Positions 12,538 through 24,038 of a stretch of DNA of 32,560 nt are shown here, in pieces. A program made the translations under genes and the position numbers. The DNA is from Octopus bimaculoides. Taxonomy: Eukaryota. The DNA lies in assembly GCF_001194135.2 (NCBI RefSeq), contig NC_068983.1, forward strand, positions 28,147,157 through 28,179,716, given 5' to 3'. Positions within the stretch are counted from its first letter, which is position 1. The number at the start of each line of letters is the position of its first letter. The notes under the pieces are model-generated. The model made no database searches and was not told the origin of the DNA. It was given only the letters and a program-made list of their open reading frames with translations.

Positions 12538-14320
12538 TTTGTGTGTATTATTTTTAAATGGGAAGCAAAGGTAAGTATTGAAATACATTATGCCAAGTGG
12601 GGCATAATTGGGAGAAATGATTGAGAATCACAGCTGTATATTGTCATTAGGCCTGCCAAAAAGAACTCTTTAAAAGAAATAAAAGATTATATACATATGT
12701 CATAGTGTAATCTGAGAAGAACTGTCTGAAGAAGCAGACTAGTCATTGATGAGACGTCTTTGATTATAGGTCTGATAAAAGCATGCTGACCAGGAAGTAA
12801 ACAAGAATAGCAACAATAATGCTGAAGAAATGAATAATTAATGACTTCCATTCCAATAGGAAATTTCGTAAATGTAAGACGTTTTATTAGGAATGTCTCA
12901 TAAAGATGTAATGCTAAATGTTGATTCTTGGAATCTCTTTATTCAACAAAAATGTGTAGGATTTTTCATACATATAATTCAAGCCTGATATCACTATTTT
13001 TATTTCGGTAAATATATAGCTATTCAATTGTGTAACATGGAAATTTAACTTTTTTTTTTTATTCACTTTCTAAAATCATAATTTTAACTGCAACAATTTT
13101 CATTCATTCTTTCTATCTTTTTGTTGTGCAAACAACAAAGAACTAGTTGTTTTCTAGAGAATACAATTTGTATTTTCATTTTGTAATGTAAATTTTACAG
13201 AAATCATTATATTATAAATGAAATGTAGTGTTAAAGGCATGAAGTTTATGATTAGCACTCATGGATCAAAGGAAAATATATAACACTTGTTATTTACTGT
13301 TTTCTTTAGAAGTTACAGATTATAAAAGAACAGGTGTTTTAGCAAATAAAATTTCTAGTTTCTGTTTTCTAAGCAAGTAGGAAATATTCTTTCAGCATTT
13401 CACTGGTCTCAGTTATTGAACCATTGTAACACCAGGTTCTATGAAGGATTTTTTTTCTTTCTTAATCACAACATACCCAGTACTTATTTCAGTGCATGCT
13501 TCTTTATCTAAGACAACAGGTTATGTGCCAATGGTGATTTGAGTGCTGTTTCTAGTAAATTGATTAAGCATTTTGTATTAATAGATACTTTTCAATGTAT
13601 GTTTACTTCTAGCTCTAAAATCAGTATTTCAAATATTCAGGAGTAACAAAACGGAAACTTGTAGAGGCTCCGTCATTCATTCAGGTAAATTTTTTGTCAA
13701 TTGTTTATAATAAGAATATGTTCTTAGATTCAGATTCAACTTTTAACGGAAGGAATTTCCTTTTATTAATTCACTAATTCAACTATGCTTTGGTTTCAAG
13801 ATTGCCTTTCCTCCTCCCAGGAGTCAGTAAATAAAGGACCAATCTAAGGCAATGGTCTACTAGAATTGACAGAACATTGGACAGAATGCCTTATGGCATT
13901 TGCTCTGGCATTTTGAGTTCAAATCCAGCTATATCCTACTTAGGTGGTAGACTTAATCTATCAAAGTTTTACATCACCACCTGGTAAGTTTAGCAGCATC
14001 TGTTCCATTGAAACCATTTTGACCAGTTCTCTTGTTTTAGAATTCTTGCCTCTCCCTTTCTCTCACAAGCCTCAGCAGTCTTGAAACATGTCATGGGGAC
14101 TATTCCCCCTTTCTGCCTGACTGGCAAGAAAAGCAAACAATCATGAAATGACCCCCAATCATAGGCACAAGCATGTCTGTGTGGTAAGAAGCTTGCTTCC
14201 CAACCATATGCTTCCAGGTTCAGTCCCATTGCATGACACCTTGAGCAAGTGTCTTCTACTAAAGCCTTGGGTTGACCAAAGCCTTGTGAGTGGATTTGGC
14301 AGACAGAAACTCATTGACTA

Positions 14321-14386
14321 TATTTTTAGATTGAATCGAATTTATTTTTAGATTGAATCAAATTTATTTTTAGATCGAATCGGATT
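14321..14386. repeat. Minisatellite, 3 x 22 bp (tatttttagattgaatcgaatt)
   Basis: Three adjacent near-identical units, no spacers. Confidence 0.9.
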
Positions 14387-14629
14387 TATATAGCCACAAA
14401 ACGTTCTTAGTCTTTTACTGTTATTTGTTGTTTATTGATTGTGTAATTTATTAATTTTTGGAATAGGGTTTTTGAGGTATATTTGTTTTTCTAGATGTTT
14501 TTGAATGACATTTTTCATTATTGACTTTGTTAATAGTTGGTTTTTCTCTAAATTATATATATATATATATATATATAATAGAAATATGTTACAAAAACAA
14601 AATAGAAACTACACGTGGAAATGTAAGGG

Positions 14630-14825
14630 GAGTCCCCGTATCACTGCCTGACAACTGGTGTTGTGTGTTCACATCCCTGTAACTTAGCAGTTCGGAAAAA
14701 AGAGTCCAGTAGAATAAGTACTAGGCTTAAAATATAAGTCCTAGGGTCAATTTATTCGACTAAATCCCTTCAAGATGCTACTCCAGCATGGCCACAGTCC
14801 AATGACTGAAACAAATAAAAGAGTA
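14630..14825 (+). mobile_element. SINE family A 3' half
   Basis: Similar to 5011-5218. A 5' half lies at ~14170-14320. Confidence 0.7.
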
Positions 14826-15060
14826 AATGAAGTGCTAACTTGTTAGTTTCCCATTTGTCCTCATTACAGTTTTCAAAATCTATAATCATGAAGGGGAATA
14901 CTTTCTTATGTTAGCATATCAAGTTTATTCTTCTGAGGATTCCGTTCTATAATTATCTGCCTTCTGCTAATAAAGCAGTTAACAAATAAACAACCTTTTG
15001 CTCAGATTGAATTGGAATTTAATACTGGGAGGCAGGTCTTAATAATATTCAATGTGATCC

Positions 15061-15092
<32 letters not shown>

Positions 15093-16053
15093 TTCTATCT
15101 CCCCCTCTCATTCTTCCCTCTACTGTTCTTCGCCTCTACCTGTCACTACTTCTCTCTCTCTCTCTCTCTCTCTATCTCTTGTTACTCGTCCTTCACCTCT
15201 CACCGTTACTACTACTATCTCTCTCTCTCTCTCTACCTCTCGTTGCTCACTTTTATTCTACTTCCTCCCCTCCTTTTCCCTCTGCTACTCTTTCTCTTCA
15301 TACAGCCTTGGTCACGTGTGTGCGGCTGCTATTTCTTTTTGTTCTTGGAATCACCAAGCTCACACATACTTCTTTGCCCTTCCTGTACGTGCTTCACAGC
15401 GTTCGAGACATACACATTTTACGTCTGGCTGTACAGCCTTAATTCTTCGAAACGCCGGAGTTTTAATGGTGGCAGCTGATGAAGGGGATGTTTCTATGTG
15501 GCCTGCTTGTTTGTTGCACCTTGTTTACCANNNNNNNNNNTATATATATATATATATATGAGTGTATCTATATTCATACATGTATGTGTGTATAGGGGAG
15601 TAAATGTAAGGATAAGCAAGTATGTATGTATACATATACATGTGTATGTTTGTATATACATATAAACACACACACACACATACATGCACCAAGTTCTTTT
15701 CTTTCAAATGCAATTAAAGAGATTCATATATAAAAAAAATAGTACAGTAGAAGATGAAATTACACAACCTTAAACTTCATCTCTTAATTGGTAATAACAA
15801 AGAACACATTGGCTATCATGGTAGCTTTCATTGTTATTTTAGAATTTGGTTAGCTTCATTCAAAAGCTGAAAGGATTTATTCAGATTCAATCAAATAATA
15901 TAATAATACACCTGATCATAATTAAAAAATTTCATGGATGCATTGCCTACCTGAAAAGAGAGTTTGAGTGCTGAGAACACCTTTCAATTTAAGCTTCTTT
16001 TACTGTATGTCTGTATTTATTTTTGAGAAGAAGATACAAAATAATGTCATTAC

Positions 16054-16185
16054 CTCAGCGACAGTTTCATTTTCTCTTAGAATACATAGTTTCCCTGGAA
16101 TAGGGCTTCGCATGTTGAAAAGTACCAAAGCAAAATGATGTATGCTCTTGATATTCAGTTTTTCTTGTAGGGAGTTGATAACATC
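16054..16185 (-). CDS. FRMPD4: Coding exon of FRMPD-family gene: DVINSLQEKLNIKSIHHFALVLFNMRSPIPGKLCILRENETVAE
   Basis: Acceptor taaattttcag|GAT, donor GAG|gtaatg, 132 nt, phase 0/0. Aligns to FRMPD4 [22 protein letters not shown]...LLLLHEQETLTQ and continues in frame from the 24721 exon. Confidence 0.93.
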
Positions 16186-16731
16186 CTGAAAATTTATTAA
16201 AAGTGTGTTTATTTAATGAGATTTACAATAACAGCAATAAATGTATTATTAGATACACTGATCAGAAAATAAAATATTCGATATACATGCAAAAAAAAAA
16301 ACAAAACCATATGGAATATTTTCAGTAGCTTGATTCATTTTCATCTTTATTTTCACAACTACCACAGCTAATTACATCATCACTACCTTGACAATATTTT
16401 CTACTCCTTTATTATGTCTTATGCCCTGCTTTTTATTCTGTAGAAATGAAAATAGTTCTCTCACTTTACAGATATTGAATATATAGTCTCAAATCTTCAA
16501 TAACCTTTCTTGAGTTTTGATTGAGAAAAAAAAAAAGGAAAAATAGCAGGTGCAAGCATAGCTGTGTGGTTAAAAATCTCATTTTGCAACTACATGATTT
16601 TGGGTTCAATTTCATTGCGCAGCACCTTGTGCAAGTGTCTTCTACTATAAATTTAAGTGGTTCAATGCCTTGCATGTGGATCTAGTTAATAGAAACTGTG
16701 TGGAAGCCTACACAGGTGCGGTGAGCTGGCA

Positions 16732-16950
16732 GAAACGTTAGTGCCCAGGCGAAATGCTTAGTGGTATTTTCTCTGTCTTTACGTTCCAAGTTCAAATTCC
16801 GCCGAGGTTGACTTAGCCTTTCATCCTTTTGAGATCAATTAAATAAGTACCAGTTACACACTGGGGTCGATGTAATCGACTTAATCCCTTTGTCTGTCCT
16901 TGTTTGTCCCCTCTATGTTTAGACCCTTGAGAGCAATAAAGAAATAAGAA
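16732..16950 (+). mobile_element. tRNA-derived SINE family B with Deu/Nin-like central domain
   Basis: Head agctggcagaaacgttag...agttcaaattcc, then gcctttcatcctttgagatcaattaaataagtaccag-like core. Related copies at ~410-480, 2100-2230(-), 5800-5900(-), 9740-9880(-), 23043-23250(+). Confidence 0.65.
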
Positions 16951-17391
16951 ACTGTGAGGAAGCCTACTGTATGTGTGCGTGTGTGTGTGTGAATCTTTAC
17001 TAAAGAAGTGCTGTTGGTTTCTTTTATGTCGCCATAGCTTAGTTATTTCACCAGAGAGACTAATAAAATAAGAAGGAAGGGTAATTTTTTTTTAAAACTA
17101 AACCCTTCAAGACTGTGCCCCAGTATGGCTGCAATCCAATGACTAAAACCTGGAAAAGATGAAAATTCAAGTGTAGACAGGTAAAAGGATAAGGTACTAT
17201 AAGTACTTTCTAAACCTGGAACATTGAGATTCAGATTGTTACAGATATGAAACAATTTTTGCAACTTTTTGAGAGATTCTCTTTTGAAAATCCTGTCAAC
17301 TATATACAAAATTTTCCAAGAACACAATGAATTGATAAAAGCACAGTGCAGAGCCCTGGTGAACACCTGTCTATATATATATATATATTAC

Positions 17392-18090
17392 ATTTAGCAT
17401 TTAAACCAGCCCAAATATTCTACCTGTTTTATGTTCAAACCAACCGGATCTAGCCTCTCACACCTATCCTATAATGTCATTCTGAAATAAACACCCATAT
17501 TATCAATATCTGAAAGCTACAAGATAATGCAAGATTAATTCAAACCAATTAATTCATTAAAGATGAAAGGAAGGGTCCATAAGAGTTGTGTGAAAGCTGA
17601 AATGTTGTATGGGAGAGAGATGAAGGAGAGAGATGGTAATTTTGAGAAGGACGGAGAGAGCAATGGTGAGATAAATGTGTGAGGTGAAGCTGTTTGATAG
17701 GAGGAGGACTGAGGAGATGATGGGAATGCTGGGGCTGGAGGAATCAGTGGAATGATCGGGCGAATGGAGTGAGGTGGTATGGGCATGTGTTGAGGACGCA
17801 TGAAGAGCATTTTCTGAAGAGGATGACTGCATTTAAGGTAAATGCAGCGTGAAAGTGAGGTAGACTGAGGAAAAGGTGGAGGAGAAGATTGGAAGGGATG
17901 GTTTGAAAAAGGAGGATGCCCAAAACTAGGCAAAATGGTGAGATGGTGCGAAGGCAGTTGCTATGGCATTGAGGTAGATCTGGCCACCTGGTTAACAGGG
18001 CAAAACCCAGATTTAAAACATTGGATGATGATGATGTATGTGAATAAATAAGCATTACATTTGACAGTAAAATGAATACTAAAGGGTTAA
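17392..18090. mobile_element. Second copy of the piggyBac-like MITE, split by the RTE fragment
   Basis: 17392-17549 and 18038-18090 together reproduce the 22637-22853 element, ending in ...tactaaaggg ttaa. Confidence 0.7.
17550..18037 (+). mobile_element. Decayed 3' end of RTE-clade LINE with (GAT)n tail
   Basis: Relic peptides KGRVHKSCVKAEMLYG, LRRTERAMVR, VRWYGHVLR, followed by ggatgatgatgat. Matches the RTE RT C-terminus. Confidence 0.8.
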
Positions 18091-18279
18091 TACTTTCTGT
18101 TACTGAAAGGAAGAGAAAAATTCAGATTTTAGAAACGTTTCTGCAACTTTTTGGATCACAACCTGTTTCAGGTGCAATACTGTTATTGCTCCTCACACTG
18201 ACTATCTAACATTTTCTTCACTGTTATTTTGTCATCCAAGGCCAGGCAAGATATCAGTGGGACTGAACTGAAAACCATA

Positions 18280-18685
18280 CTCTTTTATTTGTTTCAGTCA
18301 ATTGACTACGGCCATGCTGGAGCACCACCTTTAGTCGAGCAAATCGACCCCAGGACTTATTCTTTGTAAGCCCAGTACTTATTCTATCGGTCCCTTTTGC
18401 TGAACCACTAAGTTACGGGGACGTAAACACACCAGCATCGGTTGTCAAGCGATGCTGGGGGGGGACAAACACAGACACACAAACATATACACACACACAT
18501 ACATATATNNNNNNNNNNNNNNNNNNNNNNNNNNNNNNNNNNNCCGTCTACCAAATCCACTCACAAGGCTTTGGTCGGCCCGAGGCTATAGTAGAAGACA
18601 CTTTCCCAAGGTGCCACACAGTGGGAATGAACCTGGAACCATGTGGTTGGTAAGCAAGCTACTTACTACACAGCCACTCCTGACA
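18280..18685 (-). mobile_element. SINE family A copy (internal microsatellite holds an N-gap)
   Basis: Highly similar to 21843-22230. Confidence 0.85.
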
Positions 18686-18822
18686 CGATGTGGTAGGGAA
18701 GCACACATTTTACTCACACACTTATGCCTGTACCTTGAAGTTGCACAGTTACTGACAAAACTCCAAGCAATTTTGAAATATGCATATACAGCAGTTCCTT
18801 CTTTTCGTGATTGTGAACATAC

Positions 18823-18865
<43 letters not shown>

Positions 18866-19537
18866 ACATATAAAAAAACTTTTCACTGAATTTTTAACCT
18901 CTTCCTTTTTCTCATTAACATTTTTATCCACATTATCACAACTGCCACCAACACCACCTACACCTACCTCATCACAACCATTACCACCAATGTCTACATC
19001 TTTTGACTAAAACATACAATTGAAGCACTAGAGGAGTAGAAGAGTTGGTTTATGTTAATGCATTCTGTTATTCAAAGAAAGGAGTTTTCAGATTTGAAAT
19101 TTCTGCAATTTTTTTAACAGATTCTGTTTTGAAAATCAGATCAAAAAAAAAAATATATACAGAAGTTCTCAAGAACAATAAGTCCTGAACTCCCGTGGTG
19201 TATAACATCTATTCATTTTCAATATGTTCTGGCAGAATCAAATGTGAATATCTGATCGCTATTCTTTTTTGTTTTTTGTTCTTTCCTTTGGGTATTGGAG
19301 AACATCACCTCCCTTTGGAAGATGTAAGTTCATAACATAAGTAGTTAACTGGTGTATCACATGTGTTATGAATACGCATTTTCTAAAGGGAGGAAATATT
19401 TCCTGATGATGCAAATCAACAGTGATCAAATATTCAAGATCGAATCTGCCAGAATATTTTGAGAGTGAATCTTTCTTTGTTCTATATTTAAGAGATGAGG
19501 AATTATGTACATTATTTACATTATTTACCCACTATGC

Positions 19538-19795
19538 CATATGCTCATGGGCATATGACATAGTGGTTACGAGCATGGGCTACTAACCCCAAGATTCTGA
19601 GTTCGATTCCAAGCAGTGACCTGAACAACAATAATAATAATAATAACAACATCGAAGAATACCTTAGGAATAAGAACCCAGGTTCGAAATTTCCCCCAAG
19701 ACACCTGAAGAAGGCTGGAGGGTATATCAGCCGAAAGGTTGTGTTAACAACAAACAAGATGAGGACAAATATCCGTCAAATGTAAATAATGAATC
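19538..19795 (+). mobile_element. tRNA-headed short element with (AAT)n spacer and hammerhead-containing body
   Basis: A-box-like TGACATAGTGG (19556-66), anticodon-like loop CTACTAA, B-box GAGTTCGATTCC (19599-610), then (aat)n, then the same body as 29897-30049. Confidence 0.75.
19700..19745 (+). ncRNA. Hammerhead ribozyme motif, variant copy (GAAAGGUU instead of GAAACGUH; probably impaired)
   Basis: GACAC-CUGAAGA-A-GGCUG...CAGCC-GAAA-GG-UU-GUGUU. The C15.2>G change breaks the stem III pair. Confidence 0.65.
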
Positions 19796-19998
19796 TTCAT
19801 CTTTTATGTTTTACTTGTTTCAGCCATTTGACTGCAGCCATGCTGGAGCACCACTTCGAAGTGTTTTATTCTACTAAATTGACCCCAGGACTTATTTTTT
19901 AAAGCCTGGTACTTATTTTATCAGTCTCATTTTGCTGAACTGCTATGTTATGAGGATGTAAACATCCCAACACTATTTGTCAAGCAGGGATGGGGGAT

Positions 19999-20035
<37 letters not shown>

Positions 20036-20119
20036 TGCACACACACACACGCACACACACACACACACATATATATATATAGGTGAGAAAGTTGGTATGT
20101 GAAAGCACGTGGCTGGATG

Positions 20120-20160
<41 letters not shown>

Positions 20161-20322
20161 TGATGGGCTTCTTCCAGTTCCTGTCTACCAAATCCATTCA
20201 CAAGGCTTTGATCAGCCTAAGGCTATGGTAGAAGACACTTGTCCAAGGTGTCATGCAATGGGATTGAACCAGGAACCATGTGATTGGGAAGCAAACTTCT
20301 TACTACACAGCCATGCCTGCAA
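19796..20322 (-). mobile_element. SINE family A copy with expanded internal (CA)n/(TA)n
   Basis: Both halves align to 21843-22230. Confidence 0.8.
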
Positions 20323-20399
20323 TTATGCATAGGTTTTTGTTTGAATTCTTGCTGTTCTGAATGTACCTCTTGAATTATTATCCCAAGATGAGATTTAAA

Positions 20400-20790
20400 A
20401 AAAGATAATAATTATAATGGATGTATAAAGTTTCAGGAAGATTCTTGATAAACACATCTAGAGTAAATTTCTTACTGAACGTCACAGCTAATACTAACTT
20501 TCTTAACACCACTCTCATATATGGCTTGTACAGCATTCATGAGGTAATCATCTGTACCTGGTTACATTTATACCCACCTGGCTACTGTGACACTGTAAAA
20601 GATCTTGTCTAGTTTTACAGCTGCAAAAAATAGAGTGATGCTTTTGTAGCTAAGAATTTTCCTTGCAATCTCATTAAAAATCTGGAATCTCTGCTTCTGT
20701 GTATGGACACAAACCCAAACTATCACACCCTAACTAATCTAGATCTGATTATGCTGAAATATTCTCATTGTAAAAAAAATTTTTTAAATC
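20400..20790 (-). mobile_element. Decayed RTE LINE RT fragment; boundaries approximate
   Basis: Minus strand gives DDYLMNAVQAIYESGVKKVSI..., then a relic of VGVHQGSVLSPLLF. Confidence 0.55.
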
Positions 20791-21842
20791 AGCATATTGA
20801 TCAAAATGATAAGAGAGAAGTATCATAATTAAAAATGATGTTGATTTAAATATTATTTCAGTTATCCCAAGAAATTGGTACAGACAATGTTTTGATTTTC
20901 TTCAAAAGCAACACATCATTTTGATCTCTGTTATTTTTTTGGCCTTATTACAGTATTAGTTTCTTTATATTTCTTTAAAGAAATTATTTTTTTGTATGTT
21001 CATTGATTAACCAAACATGTTACTTATTGACTTGCCTCTATCCTAAGACAAACAGACTGAAAATTGTGTGCACACACTCACACACACACATGTGTGTGGG
21101 CACACAAACACACAATCACCCAGAGGTGATTTACAATAAATTTGTTCTGAGAGGAAGGTCTGCTAGATTTTATATGAAATCTGAATTCAAAAGATTTAGT
21201 TGTTTATTTTTTGTTTGTATTTTCTTAATTTTTGTTTTGTGAAATTTTTATGCATCAACGTTTTGTGTTAATTTTGTTTCAGCTTGATTAGTCTTTTGGT
21301 GAGTTTAATTAAAGACCGTTAAATTTCTTTGGAGATAAATTTACCAATGTTTCTTCTTTTTTTTTTTTTTTTCCTGGCTTAAAGCAAATATTATGAAGGA
21401 ATAGATAATAAGTTAAGCCATTGGTCAAAAGATCACAAGTTCAAATATTAACATAGATATTATATTGTATTCCAATAAAAACAGCAAATCACCTGCCTCT
21501 GTAAAAACATGTTGAAAACATTTGTAATTTTACCAAATGCTTTAAAATTAAAATAGTAAAGGAGTAATTAGGGGGGGGGCTGAGTTTACACACTAAGCAA
21601 ACTAGGTGATTATCAGGGGTACTAAAATCAGGGTCCCACAAATAGCCAATACAAAATTTCTTCATCCAATCAAAAACACAAACATTTACTAATAGAGTGA
21701 ACACGTGAGATCACTTTTAGGAAAAAGAAGGGTGGAAGACATGGGTGGGTGAAGAGAGGTTCATGCAATCAAACATTCACATGATTTGGCATGGAATATT
21801 TCAAACTTTGCCCAGTAATAGATTTATTCAGTGATATGAATA

Positions 21843-22230
21843 CTCTTTTACTTGTTTCAGTCATTTGACTGTGGCCATGCTGGAGCACTGCCTTTAGTCA
21901 AGCAAATCGACCCCAGGACTTATTCTTTATTAGCCTAGTAATTATTCTATCGGTCTCTTTTGCTGATCTGACAAGTTATGGGCATGTAAACACACCAGCA
22001 TCGGTTGTCAAGCGATGTTGGGGGGGGGGGCACAAACACACACACACATATATATACATATAAATAAATACGACAGGCTTCTTTCAGTTTCCGTCTACCA
22101 AATCCACTCACAAGGCTTTGGTTGGCTCGAGGCTATAGTAGAAAACACTTGCCCAAGGTGCCACGCAGTGGGACTGAACCTGGAACCATGTGGTTGGTAA
22201 GCATGCTACTTACCACACAGCCACTCCTGT
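21843..22230 (-). mobile_element. tRNA-derived SINE family A, near full-length, with internal (CA/TA)n
   Basis: Minus strand: head ggagtggctgtgtggtaag...ggttccaggttcagtcccactgcgtggcaccttgggcaag (B-box-like), internal microsatellite, tail ...gaccgatagaat...gactgaaacaagtaaaaga. Many homologous copies in the window. Confidence 0.85.
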
Positions 22231-22636
22231 GGCTGAATGATCATAAATCTATAGATTACATGTTCACAAGTTGACTATAAGATTTTACTGCATTTTTCAA
22301 CTGGTGTAATGAGGGTGGTAGCTGGAAGATGTGGCAAAGAAACTGGAATAGGAGATACTCATTGTAGAACTGGAAGAAGAGATTGCACACTGTAGAACTA
22401 GAAGAAAGACACATTCATGGCAGGGCTAGCCTAGGTTAGGGTTAGGGTTAGATTATTTCTTTCGTGCCTCATTTGAATTGAGAGGGAATATGCCCAAAAC
22501 CATACATACACATATATTTAATCTGCATATGTACACATTACTGGATAGCCATTGACTCCTCTGAATTTATGTCCTGTCTTTGTCATCCTCTAGAGTATCC
22601 AAATATTTCCCCCCCTCATCAGCCAAGCCTGGCTAA

Positions 22637-22853
22637 CCCTTTAGAATTCAATCCAGCCATATCCAGCCCAAATATTTTGCTGTTTTGTTAAAACTGACCA
22701 TATCTAACCTTTCTCACCTACCCTACAGTATCATTCTAAAAATATACAAATATACCATTGAAATCTTGAAGCTACAAGATAATGCATGATTAACTCAAAA
22801 TAATGCAAATAAATAAGCAATATATTTGAGAAAGAAATCTGAATGCTAAAGGG
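22637..22853. mobile_element. piggyBac-like MITE (~217 bp)
   Basis: Termini CCCTTTAGAATTCA ... TGAATGCTAAAGGG flanked by degenerate TTAA (ctaa / ttta). The body recurs at 17392-18090. Confidence 0.65.
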
Positions 22854-23996
22854 TTTAAATTGCTGATGACCCAACCATCCAGTAGATTGTATTGAGCAAC
22901 ATGTTAATAATAGTGCTCGTAGTAATGTCACAGTGCTTTGCAAGTTCTATAATTAAAGGGGTATGCGGCTGTATATCTATCATCATATTTGACACAAGTG
23001 AAAAAGGGAAAAAAGGGTCCAAAGACACTATCCAATTTAACCCAGCTGGCAGAACTATTATTACACTGGGTGAAATGCTTAGCAACATTTCATCCACTTT
23101 TACGTTCTGAGATCAAATTCCACCGGGGTTGACTTTGCCTTTCATCTCTTCTGAAGTTGATAAAATGAGTAGCAGCTGTACACTGGGGGTCAATTTAATA
23201 AACTTAGCACCTCCTCAAGCCAGCTCACTTTGTGCCAAAATTTGAAACCAATATCTTAACCACGCAAGCGTAGCTGTACCCAAACTCATTGTATTTGGTT
23301 TCCTCTGAGAAATAGTTGCAGGATATCTGATTGTGATAGATCTACTTTTCATTATTATCTCTTGTGTGTAAATAGAATCAGGTTTCAGCAATATATTTTA
23401 TATTCGTTCATTTATTTAAATGGCACATTTCTTGATTATGAATAATTTCATCGCTACAGATATTTTTTTTTTTATATTTTAGATATTAAACAATATTTTT
23501 TTGACAGAGTGGAAAAAAACTGGTTTTCTGAGATATTTTGATATCTCTGTTGTTGAAAGATTATCTCTAAATATAAGTCTTTGATATATTTAGTAAAATG
23601 TCTTTTCTTTTCATTCCATAATAATTTATATGCAATTTCAGAGATCATATGATCCATTAGGGACTGGGCATTTTTATGATACTGTGTGCGAATGAAGGTG
23701 TTATATATTTAAGCCAGACTATTGATTCAGGGTCTAAAGGATTAAGAATAACAAAAAGATGTGTTATCAGAGCTTGAAAGATGCGGTGCTGTGAATGATG
23801 TTGTTGTTGTTGTTTATGATGATGATGGTTTGGGATTGAATGGCTTTGGAGCATTCTTAAACATATATTTTCATATCTTACTTTACTTCACATGATACAA
23901 ATGGGAGATAATGGATAGTAGAAATTTGTCTGTCACTTTCTGTATATAAATCATTACTTAACACTCACACATATGCATGCATGCATGCACCCCCAC

Positions 23997-24038
<42 letters not shown>

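Noticed and set aside
14321-14386. Short repeated units as a CRISPR array
   Set aside because: No spacers and a eukaryotic context. It is a simple minisatellite.
15012-15479. 155-aa hydrophobic ORF
   Set aside because: Built from (TA)n, (CT)n and C/T-rich low-complexity sequence, with no recognisable domain.
19550-19620. Functional tRNA gene
   Set aside because: No closing acceptor stem, imperfect anticodon stem, and fused to a repeat body. Treated as a SINE-type head.
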